The position numbers and the translations under genes were made by a program. Below are positions 27,484 through 41,200 of a stretch of DNA of 64,000 bases, piece after piece (the first letter of the stretch is position 1; each line of letters starts with the position of its first letter). The notes below the pieces were generated by a model. That model saw nothing but the letters and a program-made list of their open reading frames with translations, made no database searches and was not told where the DNA came from. Source of the DNA: the human T2T-CHM13v2.0 reference genome, Homo sapiens; assembly GCF_009914755.1 (NCBI RefSeq), contig NC_060932.1. One strand, 5' to 3'.

Positions 27484-30400
27484 AACCCTGTGAGCTGAAT
27501 CCACACATCACAGAGCAGTTTCACAGATAGCTTCTTTCTAGTTTTCATTGCTAGATATTCGATTTTTCACAATAGACCACAATGCTCTTTGAAATGTCCC
27601 TTCACAGATTCTACAAAAAGAATGTTTCTAAATAGCTGAAGCAAAATTAAGGTTTTACTCACTGAACTGAATGCACACATTGGAAAGCAGTTTCACAGAT
27701 AGCTTCTTTCTAGTTTTTATCATGGGATACTCTTTTCTTCACTTTAGGCCTCAATGCACTCCAAAATGCCCCTTTGCAGATTGTGCAAAAAGGATGTTTC
27801 CAACCTGTTAAATAAATAGAAAGGTTTAACTCTGTGAGATGTATCCACCCCCCACAAAGTGGTATCACAGATAGCTTCTTTCTAGTTTTTATCACTCAAT
27901 ATTCTGACTTTCACTGTAAACATCAAACATCAAAGCACTCTGAAATGTCTCTTCACAGATTCTACAGAAAGACTGTTTTTAAACTGCTAAATCTAAAAAA
28001 AAGGTTTAACTCTGTGAGTGAAATCCACACATGACAAAGCAACTTCACAGAGAGGTTCTTTCCAGTTTTTATTGCAGCATTTTCAGTTTATCAGGATAGG
28101 CCTCAATGCTCTTTGAAATGTCCTTTCACAGATTCTACATAATGAGTGTTTACAAACTGCTGAATCAAAAGAAAGTTTTAACTCTGTGAGCTGAATCCAC
28201 ACATCACAAATCAGTTTCACAGGTAGCATCATTCTAATTTTTATCACAAGACATTTGGTTTTTCACTATATGCCAGACTGTGCTCCGAAGTGTCCCTTCA
28301 CAGATTCTACAAAAAAAATTTAAAAAGTTTTTAAACTGCTGAATCGAAAGAATGGTTTAACTCGGTTAACTGAATCCATATATTACAAAGCAGTTTCCCA
28401 GATAGCTTTTTTCTAGGTTTTATTGAGGGATAATTGGTTTTTCACTACGGGCCTCAATGTGCTCTGAAACGTCCCTTCACAGATGCTACAAAAAGAGTGT
28501 TTTCCATCTGCTGAAAGAAAACAGGTTTAAATTTGTGAACTGCATGTACATGTCAAAATGCAGTTTCACACATAGCTTTTTTCTAGTTTTTATCACCAGA
28601 TATTCAGTTTTTCACTGTAGGCCTCAGTGTGCTCCAAAATGTCCCCTTGCAGATATTACAAAAAGAATGTTTCCAACCTGCTGAATCAAAAAATGGTTTA
28701 ACTCTGTGAGCTGAATCCACACATCACAAAGCAGTTCCACAAATAGCTTCTTTCTAGTTTTTCTCGTGGGATATTCAGTTTTTCACTATACATCTCACTG
28801 CACTCCAAAATGTCCCTTCTCAGATTCTACAAAAAGAGTGTTTCCAAACTGATGAATGAAAATAATTGTTTACCTCAATTAGCTGAATCCACATATTACA
28901 ACGCAGTTTCACAGATAGCTTCTTTCTAGTTTTTATTCTGGGATATTTTGTTTTTCACTATAGGCCTCAGTGAGCTCCCAAATGTCCCTTTGCATATTCT
29001 ACAAATAGAGGGTTTCCACATTGCTGAATCAGAAGTAAGGTTTAACTTTGTCAGATGAATCCACACATCACAAAGTTGTTTCACAGATAGCTTCTTTCTA
29101 GTTTGTATTGCAGGATATTTTGATTTTATATATAGGCCTCAGTGGGCTCTGAAATTTTCCTTCACAGATTCTTAATAAAAGGGCGTTTCCAACCTGTTGA
29201 ATCAAAAGAAAGGTTTACCTTTGTAAGATGAACCCACACATCACAAAGCAGTTTCACCGCTAGCTTCTTTCTAGGTTTCATCACGGGATATTCGATTTTT
29301 CACTATAGGCCTCAGTCAGCTCCGAAATGTCCTTTTGCAGATTCTGCAAAAATAGTGTTACTAACCTGCTGAATCAAAAGAAAGCTTTAACTCTGTAAGC
29401 TGAATGCATACATTAAAAAGCAGTTTCACAGATAGCTTCTTTCTAGTTTTTAATATGGGATACTTAGTTTTTCACTATAGGCTTCAGTGGGCTCTGAAAT
29501 GTCCCTTTGCAAATTCTACAAAACAGTGTTTCCAACTTGCTGAATCAAAAGACAGTCTAAGTCTGAGAGCTGAATCCACACATTACAAAGAAACTTCACA
29601 GATCGCTTATTTCTAGTTTTTATCGTCGGTTATTCTGTTTTTCACCATAGACCTCAGTGCACTCTAAAATGTCCCATTGCAGATTCTAAAAAAAGAGTGT
29701 TTCAAACCTACTCAATCAAAAGAAAAGTTTAACTCTGTGAGCTGAATGCACACATTACATAGAAGTTTCACAGATAGCTTCCTTCTAGTTTTTATACTGG
29801 AATATTCGTTTTTTCACTCTAGTTAGCAGTGGCTTCGATATGTCCTTTTGCACATTCTACAAAAAGATGGTTTCCAACCTGCCAAATGAAAAGAAAGGTT
29901 TTACACTGTGAGCTTAATGCACACATCACAAAGCAGTTTCACAGGTAGTTTCTTTGTAGTTTTTATCACGAGATATCCAGTTTTATACCAAGACCACAGT
30001 GAGCCCTGAAATGCCCTTTCTCAGATTCTACAAAAAGAGTGTTTCTAACCTGTTGAATAAAATTAATGTTTAACTCTGTGACCTGAATGCATATATCATG
30101 AAAAGTTTCACAGATAGCTTCTTTCTAGTTTTTATTGTGGGATATTCTCTTTTTCATTATAGGTCTCAGTGTGCTCCGAAATGTCCCTTCACAGATTCTA
30201 CAAAAAGAGTGATTCCAACCTGCTGAATCAAAAGAAAAGTTTAACTCTGTAGGCTGAATGGTCACATCATGAAGCAGTTTCACAGATACCTTCTTTATAG
30301 TTTTTATCACGGGATACTCATTATTTCATTGTAGGCCTCAGTGGGCTCCAAAATGTCTTTTCACAGATTCTATAAAAGGAGTGTTTTCAACATGGTAAAC

Positions 30401-31244
30401 CAAAAGAAAGATTTTACTCTATGAGCTGAATGAAATATCACAAAAAACTATCACAAATAGCTTCTTTCTTGTTTTTATTGTGGGATATTTGGTTTTTTAC
30501 TATGGACCACTGTGGGCTTCTTAATTTTTCTTCAGAGATTCTACAAAAAGACTGTTTCCATCCTGCTGAATCAAAAGAAATGTTTCACTCTGTGAGCTGA
30601 ATCCACACGTCACAAAGCAGTTTCACAGACAGCTTCTTTGTAGTGTTTATCGTGGGACATTCCATTCCTGACTATAGGCCTCTGTGAGCTTTGAAATGTT
30701 CCTTTGCAGATTCCACAAAAACAGTGCTTCTAACTTGTCAAATCAAAAGAAAGGTTTAGCTCTGTGAGCTAAATGAACACACTACAAAGAAGTTTCACAA
30801 TTTGCTTCTTTCTAGTTTTTATCATTGGAAATTCCATTTTTCACTATATGCCTTGCTGGGCTCTGAAATATTACTTCACAGATACTACGAGTGTTTCCAA
30901 CCCGCTGAATCAAGGGAAAGGTTTACCTCTGTGGGCTGAATGCAAACATCACAAAGCAATTTCACAGATAGCTTCTTTCTAGTTTTTATAGTAATATATT
31001 TGGTTTTTTACTGTAGGTCTCAGTGGGCTTTGAAATATCCCTTCACAGATTGTAAAAAAAGAGTTTTTCCAACTTGATGAATCAAAAGAAAGCTTTAACT
31101 CTGAGAGCTGAATACACACATCACAAAGCAGTTTCACATATAACTTTTTTCTAGTTTTTATCATGGGTTGTTCTGTTTCTCACTATAGGCCTCCGTGGGC
31201 TCCCACACTTCCCTTTGCAGACTCTACAAAACTAGTGTTTCCAA
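21938..31244 (-). repeat. Monomeric diverged alpha satellite, block 2 (~54 monomers), same orientation as block 1
   Basis: Abrupt switch 'ggggagaag|gttttcaacctgctgaatcaaaa' at 21937/21938. Same alphoid motifs as block 1, ending 'gtgtttccaa|tggggg' at 31244. No CENP-B box seen. Confidence 0.97.
27454..27481 (+). repeat. A28 homopolymer within an alpha monomer
   Basis: 28 uninterrupted A residues replace the 'caaaagaaagg' segment of the monomer; no target-site duplication visible. Confidence 0.9.
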
Positions 31245-32295
31245 TGGGGGTTTCTGGGATGGGACAGGTCTCCCTGGGACTACGTAGCACCCACTGAAGC
31301 CTCACCACTTCTCCCCTCTGATTTTCTCAACATCCCCCTGAATTTTTGCTGGCCCGAACAGGCCTGCCTGTGGCCCCGCTGTCCTTGGGGGCCTTCCAGG
31401 AGAGAAACAGGCACCCTAGGCTGGTGGCCAAAGCTCTAGCCCGGACCCAAAAAATGCCCTAGGGGATTCTGGGAAGGATGAGGCCTTTCTGGGATGTCCT
31501 GCTCAGGACACACTGCTTCTTCCATTCCACGGCCTCAACACTCCCTCGAGTTCTGTTTGCCCACAGAGGCCCACCTGAAGCCCCACCCAGGCCTGTGTGT
31601 GCTATTTGTGAAAAACACACGCACCCTAGGCTGGAGCCTGGGGCTCTAGACCCCACCCGCATGGCTCCCCGTGGTCTTTCTGGAAGGGAGAGGCCTCCCT
31701 GGGAAAATGCAGAACCTGCTCAGGCCTCGCCGCTTCTCCTCTCTGCCTGTGTCAACATCCCCCTGAGTTTCTGCCTTCCCGCACAGGCCTGCCTGTGGCC
31801 CTGCTGCTGCCAATTGGGGCCTCCATAAGAGACACAGTCATACTGGGTCAGAGCCTGAGCCTCTAGCCCCCACCCAGAGGGGGGAGCACCATGGAGAATT
31901 CTGAGAAAGGAGAGGCCTCCCTATGAGGATCCAGCACCCATTCAGGCCTGGCTGCTTCTTCCCTCTGCCTGCCTCTACTTCCCCCTGAGTTTATGCTGGC
32001 TAGCACAGGCTCGCTTTTGGGCCTGCTGTTGCCCTTGTGGGCCCTGTTTGAGAGACACAGCCGTCCTGGGCCAGAACAGAGTCTCTAGCCTCTACTAGGA
32101 AGGCACCTGGGGGTTTTCTTGGAAGGAAGAGGCCTCCCTGGAGGAAACCAGCACCCTCTCACTTCTTGCCACTTCTGCCATCTGCCTGCATCAAGGATCC
32201 CTCAGTTTCTCCCGTCCCATAGAAGCCCACCTGTGGCCCCGCCGCTGCCCACAGGGGCCCTCTGCAAGAGACAGAGGCATCCTGTTTTGGAGCCC
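31245..32295 (-). repeat. Gamma-satellite variant, reverse orientation, ~5 monomers; paralogous to 3435-5851
   Basis: Same variant motifs ('gctctagcccccacc', 'ggcctccctggga...cagcaccc'). Shares the diagnostic monomer 'cctgaagccccacc..ggcctgtgtgtgct...gtgaaa.acacac.caccct' (31574 vs 3730). Confidence 0.88.
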
Positions 32296-35200
32296 AAGGC
32301 ATTAGGGCAGTGTGCCTGTGTCTCTCGTAGGAGGCCCCAACAAGCAAAAACAGGACCACACAGTGGCATGGGTGGGCCACTGGGACTCAGGGTGACCTTC
32401 AGGCAGGCAGAAAGAAGAAGTGGTAAAAATGCAGAGACAGCTGGGAACCTCCCAAGAAAAACTCTCCCAACCCAGAAGTCCCCAGGTCTGTTTTGGGAGG
32501 GCTGTAAGCCCCAGGCTTTGGAGCAGGGTGCGTGTGTCTCTTGCAGAAGACCCCAAAAAGTGAAAATGGAAAAACAGTGTGGCGTGGGTGGGCAGCAGAG
32601 ACTCAGTAGGACATTGAGGCAGGCAGAGCAGAGAAGCAGCGAGACCGCAGAGAATGCTGGGAGCCTCTAAGGATGACTGTCTTATCTCAGAAGCCACCAG
32701 GGCTGTCCTGGGTAGGCTGTAAAGCCCAGGCTTTGAAGCAGGTTACCTGTGTCTCTCACGGAAATTCCCCACAAACAAAAATGGAGCCGCAGGGTGGCGA
32801 GGGTGGGCCAAAGTGTCTCGGGGGACACTTGAGGCAGGCAGAGGGGAGAAGCGACAAGGCCTCAAGGAATGCTGAAAACTTCTCGAGGAGGTCTCTCTCA
32901 TCCCAGAAGCCCCCAAGACTGTCCTGGACAAACTCTAAAACCCCAGTCTTTGGAGCAGGTTTCCTGTGTTTCTTGTAGAAGGCCCTCACAGGCGAAAATG
33001 GGGCTGCAGTGTGGCATGGATGAGCTGCAGAAATTTAGAAAGACGGTGAGACAGGCCGAGGGAAGAATCGGTGAGACTGCAGGGAATGCTTGGTGTCCCT
33101 CCAAGGAGGCCTCTCCCATACCTGAAGCTTTTAGGGCTGTCCCAAGTGGGCCGTAAAGCCCCAGCATTTTGAGCAGTGTGCCTGTCTTTCACTGAAGGCA
33201 ACCACCAGTGAAAACGGGGCTCCTGGGTGCCATACACAGAATGCAGGGACTAAGGGTGATGTTGAGGCAGGCAAAGGGGAAAAGTGGTGTGACTGCTGGA
33301 AATGCTGGAAGCCTCCAAAGGAGACCTCTCCCATCCCAGAAGCCCCAGGGCTGCCCTGGGCAGGCTGTACATTTCCAGGCTCTGGAGCAGGGTGCCTGTG
33401 TCTTTCACAGAAGGCCCCCACAATGAAAATGGGGCCACAGGGTGGTGTGGATGAGCCTCAGAAATTTAGAAGAACAGTGAGACAGGTGAAGGGAAGAATC
33501 GGCAAGACAGCAGGAAATGCTGGAAGCACCCCAAGAAGGCCTCTCTCATACCCAAAGCTTTTATGGCTGTCCCAAGCGGGCTGTAAAGCCCCAGGGTTTG
33601 GAGCAATGTACCTGTGTCTTTCGATGAAGGCTCCCACAATTAAAAACGGGGCCGCTGGGTGGCGTGGGCGGGCCACAGGGACTCAGGGAGATGTTGAGGC
33701 AGGCAGAGGGGAGAAGCGTCGAGACCGCAGGGAATGCTGGGAGTCTCCCAAGGAGGCCTCTTCCATCTCAGAAGCCCCCAGTGCTGTGCCGGGAGGGCTT
33801 TAAAGCCCTAGGCTTTTGAGCAAGGTGCCTGTGTCTCTTGCAGTAGGCTTCCACAAGTGAAAACTGCACCACAGGGTGGCATGTGCGCAACGCAAGAACT
33901 CTAGAGGACGTTGAGGCAGGCAGAGGGGAGAAGTGGTGAGATCACAGGGAATGCTGGGATGAATCTTCCATCCCAGAAGCCCTCAGGACATTCCCGGGAG
34001 GGCTATAAGGCTGCAGGCTTTGGAGCGGGGTGACTGCGTCTCTCATGAAAGGCACTCACAAGCAAAAACGGGGTCGCAGGGTGGCGTGGTTGGGTGGCAG
34101 GGACTCAGGGTGATGTTGAGGCAAGCAGAGGAAAGAAGCAGTGAGACCACAGAAAATGCTGGGAGTCTTTCAAGGATGACCTTCCCATCCCAGAATTCCC
34201 CAGGGTTGTCCCAGGCAAGCTGTAAAGCCCAAGGTTTTGGAGCAGAGTGCCAGTGTCTCTTGTGGAAGGCCCAAACAAGTGAAAATGGGGCCGCAGAGTG
34301 GCGTGTTTGGGCATCAGGGACCTCAGGAGGATGTTGAGGCAGGCAGAGGGGAGAACCGGTGAGAACACAGGTCTCAGAAGCCCCCAAAGCTGTTCCAAGT
34401 GGGTTGTAAAGCCACAGGATTTGCAGCAGTGTGCCTGTGTCTCCCGCCAAAGGCCCCCAAAAGCAAAAACCGGACCACAGGATGGTGTGGACAGGCCACA
34501 GAAACTCAGGGAGACATGGAGGCACTCAGAAGGGAGAAGGGGCAAGACTACAGGGAATGCTGGGAGCCTCCCAAAGAGGTCTCTTCCATCCCAGAAGCCC
34601 ACAGGGCTGTTCTGTGTGGGCTGTAGAAGACCCAGGCTTTGAAGCAGGGTGCCTGTGTCTCTCGCTGAAGGCTCCAACAAGAGAAAACGGGGCAGCAAAG
34701 GGGCATGGGTGGGCCTCAGGGACACAAGGGGACGTTAAAGCAGGCAAAGGAAAGAAGTAATGAGACCACAGGGAAGGCTGGGAGCCTCACCCAACGGCCT
34801 CTCCCATCCCAGAAGCCCCCAGGTATGTCCCGGATGGGCTGTAAAGCTCCAGGATTTGGAGCAGGGTGGCTGTGTCTCTCAGAAGGCCACCACAAGCGAA
34901 AACAAGGCTGCAGGGTGGCATGTGTGGGCCACAGGGACCCAAAAGGAGGTTGAGGCAGGCAGAGCGGAGGAGCAGCGAGACCATAGAAAATGCTGGGAGC
35001 CTCCCAAGGAGGCCTCTCCAATCCCAGAAGCCCCCAGGCTTTGTAGCAGGGTGCCTGTGCCTGTGTTTCTCACGGAAAACCTCCACAAGCAAAAACAAGG
35101 CAGCAGTGTGGCATGATTGGGCCGCAGGGACTCTGTGACGTTGAGGCAGGCAGAGGAGAAAAGCAGCGAGTCCACAGGGAATGCTGGAAGCGTCCCAAGG

Positions 35201-38200
35201 AGGACTCTCCCATCCCAGAAGCCATTAGGGCTAACCAGGGTGGGCTGTAAAGCCCCAGCATTGAAATTGGGTGCCTGTGTCTCTCATGGTAGCTCCCCCC
35301 AAGCAAAGACAGGGCCACAGCTAGGCATGGAAGGGCTGCAGGGGCTCAGATGGAGCTTGAGGCAGGAAGAGCAGAGAACCAGTGAGACCACAGGGAATGC
35401 TGTGAGCCTCCCAAGGTGATCTCTCTCATCACAGAAGTCCCCAGGGCTGTGCCAGGTGGGCTGTTAACCCCAGACTTTGGAGCAGAGTGTGGTGTCTCTC
35501 GTGGCAGGCCCCCACAAGTGAAAATGGTGCTGCAGGGTTGTGTGTGCAGGCAGCTAGGACACTGGGTGATGTTGAGGCAAGCAGAGAGAAGAAGTGGTGA
35601 GACTGCAGGCAATGCTGTTAGCCTTACAAAAAGGCCTCTTCGATCCCAGAAACCCCCAGGACTGTCCGAGACAGGGTGTAAAGCCCCAGGCTTTGGAGCA
35701 GCGTGCCTGTGTCTCTCACAAAAAGACACCACAAGCGAAAATGGGCCCGCAGGTTGGCATGGTTGGGAGGCAGGGTCTCAGAGCACGTTGAAACAGGCAG
35801 AAGGGAGAAGTGGCAAGACCGCAGGAAATGCCGGGAGCCACTTAAAGACAACCCTCCCATCCCAGAAACCCCCAGGGCTGTTCCGGGCAAGCTGTAAAGT
35901 CCCAGGCTTTGGAGCAGAGTGGCTATGTCTCCACGGGACTCCACAAGCAAAATGGGGCCGCTGCTGGTGTGGGCTGTCTGCAGAGACTCAGTGAGATGTT
36001 GAGGCAGGCAGAGGGGAGAAGTGGCAAGTCTGGAGGGAATGCTGCAGCCTCCCAAGGAGGTCTCTTTCATCCCAGATGTCCACAGGGCTCTCCTGGGAGG
36101 GCTGTAAAGTCCAAGTCTTTGGAACAGGATGCCTGTGTCTCTTGCAGAAAGCCCCCAGAAGCGAAAATGGGGCCACAGGGTGACATCAATGGGACACACG
36201 AACTCAGGGGGATGTTGAGGCAGGCAGAGGGAAAAAGCAGTGAGACCACAGCGAATGCTAGAAGCCTCCCAAAAAGGCCTCTCTCATCCCAGAAGACCTT
36301 AGGAATATACTGGGTGGGCTATAAGGCCACAGGCTTTAAAGCAAAAACGGGGTCACTGGGTGGCTTGGATGGGGGGCACCTACCCAGGGGACAGTTATGG
36401 CAGGCAGAGATGAGAGGTGGCGAGACCTCAGGGAATGCTGGGAGCCTTCCAAGAGGCCTGTTTCATCCCAGAAGCTTCCAGAGCTGTCCCCGGCAGGCTG
36501 TAAAGCCCCACGTTTTGGAGCAGAGTGCCTGTGTCTCAAGCCGAAAACTTCCAGAAGTGAAAATGGGGGGGCAGGGTTGTGTTGGTGGGCCACAACGACT
36601 CAGAGGAACAGTGAGGAAGGTAGAGGGGAGAAGCGGCACGACAACAGGTAATCCTGGGAGCCTCCCAAGAAGTCTTCTCCCATCCCTGAAGCTCTCAGGG
36701 CTATCCCAGGTGGGCTGTATAGCCCGAGGCTTTGGAACAGGGTGCATTTGTCTCTCGTGGAAGGCCCCCACAAGCAAAAACAGGGACACTGGGTGGTGTG
36801 TGCAGGCTGCAGAAACTCAGGGGGTTGTTGATGCAGGCCGACTGGAGAAGTGGTGAGACCGCAGGGAATGCTAGGAGCCTCCCAAGGATGCCTCTCCCAT
36901 CCCAGAATACCCCAGGTCTGTCCCGGTCGGTCTGTAAAGCCCCAGACTTTGAAGCAGTTGGCTGTGTCTCTCAAGTAAAACTCCCAGAAGCAAAAACAAA
37001 GGCACAGGGTGGCTTGGGTGGGACGCAGGGACTCAGGGGAACGTTGAGGCAGATAGAGCGAAGAATCCGCAAAACAGCACGGAATGCTGGGAACTTCCCA
37101 GTGAGTCCTCTCCCATCCCAGAAACCCCCAGGGCTTTCCAGTGCAGGTGGTGGTTTCCGGCTTTTGAGCGGAGTGCCTGTGTTTATCGCGGAAGTCCCCC
37201 ACAAGCAAAAACGGGGCCGCAGGGTGGCGTGTTGCATGGCAGGGACTCAGGGGTACATGGAGGCAGGAAGAGCTGAGAAGCAGCAAGACAGCAAAGAATG
37301 CTGGGAGACTCCCAAGGGAGCATTTTTCATCCCAGAAGCCCCCAGGAGTGTCGCAGGCAGCCTGTAAAGCCCCAGCATTTGGAGCAGGGTGACTGTGTTT
37401 CTCGTGGATGGCCCAACAAGCGAAAACGGTGCCGAGAGGCAGGGTAAGCGGGCCACAGGCACTCAGGGGGACGTTGAGGCAGGTAGAAAGAATAAGCGGT
37501 GGGACCACAGGGAAGGCTGGAAGCCTCCCAAGGAGGCCTCTCACATCCCAGAAGCCAACAGGGCTGTCCCAGGCAGGCTATAAAAACCCAGACTTTGAAG
37601 CAGGGGGACTGTGTCTTTCATGGAAGGCCTTCACAAGCGAAAACGAGGCTGCAGTATGGCGTGGGCGGGCCGCAGGGACTTAGGGGGAGTTTGAGACAGG
37701 CAAAGGGGAGATGCAGTGAGACCGCAGGAAATGCTGGGAGCCTCTCAAGGAAGCCTCTCCCATTTCAGAAGCCCACAGGGCTATCCCGCGGGGGCTGTAA
37801 AGCCCCAGGGTTTGAAGCCGGGTGCCTGTGTCTCTCGCAGAAGGCCACCACAAGCCAAAATGGGGTGGAAGGGTGGTGTAGGCGGGGAGAGGCAGAGGGG
37901 AGAACCAGTGAGACAGCAGAAAATAATGGGAGCCTCGCAAGGAGGCCTCTCCCATCCCAGAGCCCCCACTTCTGTCCAAGACGGGCTGTAAAGCCACAAA
38001 CTTTGGAGCAGGGTGTCTGTGTCTCTCGGGGAAGGCCCCCACAAGATCCCCACTAGTGAAAACAGAGATGCAGAATGGCATGGGCGGGCCTCAGGGACTC
38101 AGGGGAACATTGAGGCATGCAGAACAGAGAATCAGTGAGACAACCGGAACGCTGAGCGCCTCCCAAAGAGGTCTCTCCCATGCTAGAATCCCCCAGGGCT

Positions 38201-41200
38201 GTACCAGGCGGGCTGCAAAGCCCCAAGATTTGGAGCAGGGTGGCTGTGTCTCTCGCGGAGGTCCCCCTCAAGCGAAAATGGGGAGGCAGGGTGGAGTGAG
38301 AGGGTGGCAGGGACTCAGGGGGACGTTGAGATAGGCAGAGGAAACAAGCCAAGGGGTGATACCACAGGAAATGCTGGGATCGTCCCAAAAAGGCCTCTCC
38401 AATCCCAGAAGCCCCAGGGCTGTCAGGGGGCGGGCTACAAAGCCCCAGGATTTAGAGAAGGGAAACTGCTTCTTTCGCGGAAGGCCCGCACAAGCAAAAA
38501 CGAGCCGAAAGGTGGCGTGGGCTGACCACAGGGACTCAGAAGTACGTTGAGGCAGGCAAAGGGGAGAAGCAGTGAGACTGCAAGGAATGCTGGGAGCCTC
38601 CCAAGTCCTCTCCTATACCAGAAGCCCCTAGGGCTGTCCTGGGTGCACTGTAAAGCCCCAGGCTTTGGAACAGAGGGCTTGTGTCTCTCAGAGAGGGCCC
38701 CCACAAGCGAAAACGGGGCCGTTGGGTGACGTGGGTGGGCAGAAGGGACTCGGGGGGACTTTGAGGCTGGCAGAGGGGAGAAGCGTGGAGACTGCAGGGA
38801 ATGCTGGGAGCCTCCCTGGAGGTCTCTTTCATTCCAGAAGCCACCAGGACATTCCTTGGCTGGCTGTAAAGCTTCAGGTTTACCAAGGGAATGCTGGGGG
38901 CCTCCCAAGGAGTCTTCTCCCATCCTAGAATCCCTCAGGGCTGTCCCGGGGGTGTGTGTAAATCTCCAGGCTTAGTAGCAGGGTGCCTGTGTCTCCCACG
39001 GAAGCTCCCCTCAAGCTAAAACGGAGAGGCAGAGTGAAGTGGGCGGGTGGCAGGAACTCAGTGGAACGTTGAAGCAGGCAGAGGGGACAAGCGGCAAGAC
39101 CGCAGGAAATGCTGGTAGCTTCCCAGGGAGGCCTCTCCCCTCCCAGAAGCCCCAGAGCTGTCCCAGGCGGGTTGGAAAGCCCCAGGCTTTGAAGCAGAAA
39201 GCTTGTGTCTCTCACGGACGACCCTCACAAGTGAAAACAAGGCCGCAGAGTGGCGTCAGCTGGCCGCAGGGACTCAGGAGGACATTGAGGCAGGCAAAGA
39301 GGAGAAGCACCTAGACCGTAGGGGATGCTGGGAGCCTTCCAAGGATGCCTCTCCCATCCCAGAAGCAGCCAGGGCTAAACCAGGCAGACCTTATATCCCC
39401 AGGCTTTGGAACAGGGTGCCTGTGTCTCTTGCGGAAGGCCCATAGAAGCAAACACCAGCCCGCAGGGTGGCGTTGGCAGGCCGATGGGATTCAAGGCGAC
39501 GTTGAGGCAGACAGAAGGGAGAAGTGGGGAGACTGCAGGGAAAGCAGGGAGCATCCCAAAAAGGCGTCTCCAATCCCTTAAGCCCCGAGGGCTGTTCCAG
39601 GTGGGTTGCAAAGCCCCAGGCTTTGGAACAGGGTGCCTGCGTTTTTCCCAGAAGGCACCAACAAACGAAAACAGGGCCGCAAGCTAGCGTTGGCAGGCGA
39701 AAGAAACTCAGGGGGATGTTGAGGCATGCAGAGGGGGGGAAGCAGTGAGACCACAAAGAATGCTGGGAGCCTCCAGAAAAACCTCTTGATCCTTGAAGTC
39801 CCCCAGGGCTGTCCCAGGAGGGCTGTGAAGCCCCAGGATTTGGAGCAGGGTGCCTGTGTCTCCCGTGGAAGGTCTCCTCAAGCAAAAAGAAAGATGCAGG
39901 GTTGAGTGGCCGGGTGTCAGGTACTCAGTGGTCCATTGAGGCAGGCAGAGGGGATAAGTGGCAAGACTGCAGGGAATGCTGGGAGCCTCCCAAGACGGCC
40001 TCTCCCATCCCAGAAGCTCCCAGGGCTGTTCCAGGAGAACTGTAAAGCCCCAGTCTATGGAGCAGGGTGCCTGTGTCTCTGGGGGAAGGCCCCCACAAGC
40101 AAAAATGGGGCCGCAGGGTGGCGTCTACAGGCAGCAGGGACTCAGGAGGATGTTGAGGCAGGCACAGGGCTGAAGCAGCGAGTGAGCAGAACATGCTGGG
40201 ATCCTCCCCAAAAATCCTCTCCCATCTTAGAAGCCCCCAGGGCTGTCCTGGGTGGTTTATAAAGCCCCAGCCTTTGGGGCACGGTGACTGTGTCTCCTGC
40301 GGAAGGCGGAGAAAAGTGAAAACTGTGCCGCAGTGTGGCACAGGGACGCAGGAGGATGTTGTGACAGACAAAAGGGGAAGTGGTGAGACCTCAGGGAATG
40401 ATCAAAGCCTCTCAATGAGGCCTCTCCTATCCCGGAAGCATTTAGGGCTGTCCCAGGCGGGCTGTAAAATCCTAGGCTTTGGAGCAGGGTGCCTCTGTCT
40501 CTCACGGAAGGCCTTCACAAGTGAAAACGGGGCCACAGGGTGGCGTCGGTGGGCTGCAGGTACTCAAAGGAAGTTAAGGCAGGTGGAGGAAAGAAGCGGC
40601 GAGACCGCAGGGAATGCTAGGAGCCTCCTAGGAGAACTCTCCCATCTCAGACGCTTCCAGGGCTGCCCCAGGCAGGCTGGAAAGCTTCAGGCTTTGTAGC
40701 AGGGTGCCTCTGTCTCTCCCAGAAGGCCCACACAAGCCAAAACGGGGCCGCATGGTGGCATGGTCCAGCAGCAGAGACTCAGGGGGACATTGAGGCAGGT
40801 AAAGAAGAGAAGCGGCAAGACCACAGGGAATGCTGGGAGCGTTTCAAGGATGACTCTCCCATCCCAGAAGCTACCAGGGCTGTCCTGGGCAGGATGTGAA
40901 GCCCCAGGCTTGGAAGCTTGGAGCCTGTGTCTTTCACAGAAGGTCCCCACAAGCGAAAATTTGGCCACAGGATGGCGTAAGTGGACCGCAAAAAATCAGG
41001 GGGACGTTGAGGCAGGAATAGGATAGAAGCGTCGAGACCGCAGGGAATGCTGGGCGTCTTCCAAGGAGGCCTCTTGTATCCCAGAAGCACCTAGAATCTT
41101 CCCGGGTGGGTGGTAAATCCCCAGGCTTTGGAGCAGGGTGCCTGTGTCTCTCACATAAAGCCCCCACAAATGAAAACTGGGCAGCAGGGTGGCGTGGGCG

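Noticed and set aside
21938-31244. Active centromeric alpha-satellite HOR or CENP-B boxes
   Set aside because: Monomers are highly divergent, with indels and no near-identical multimer period. No CENP-B box was seen by eye (not an exhaustive scan).
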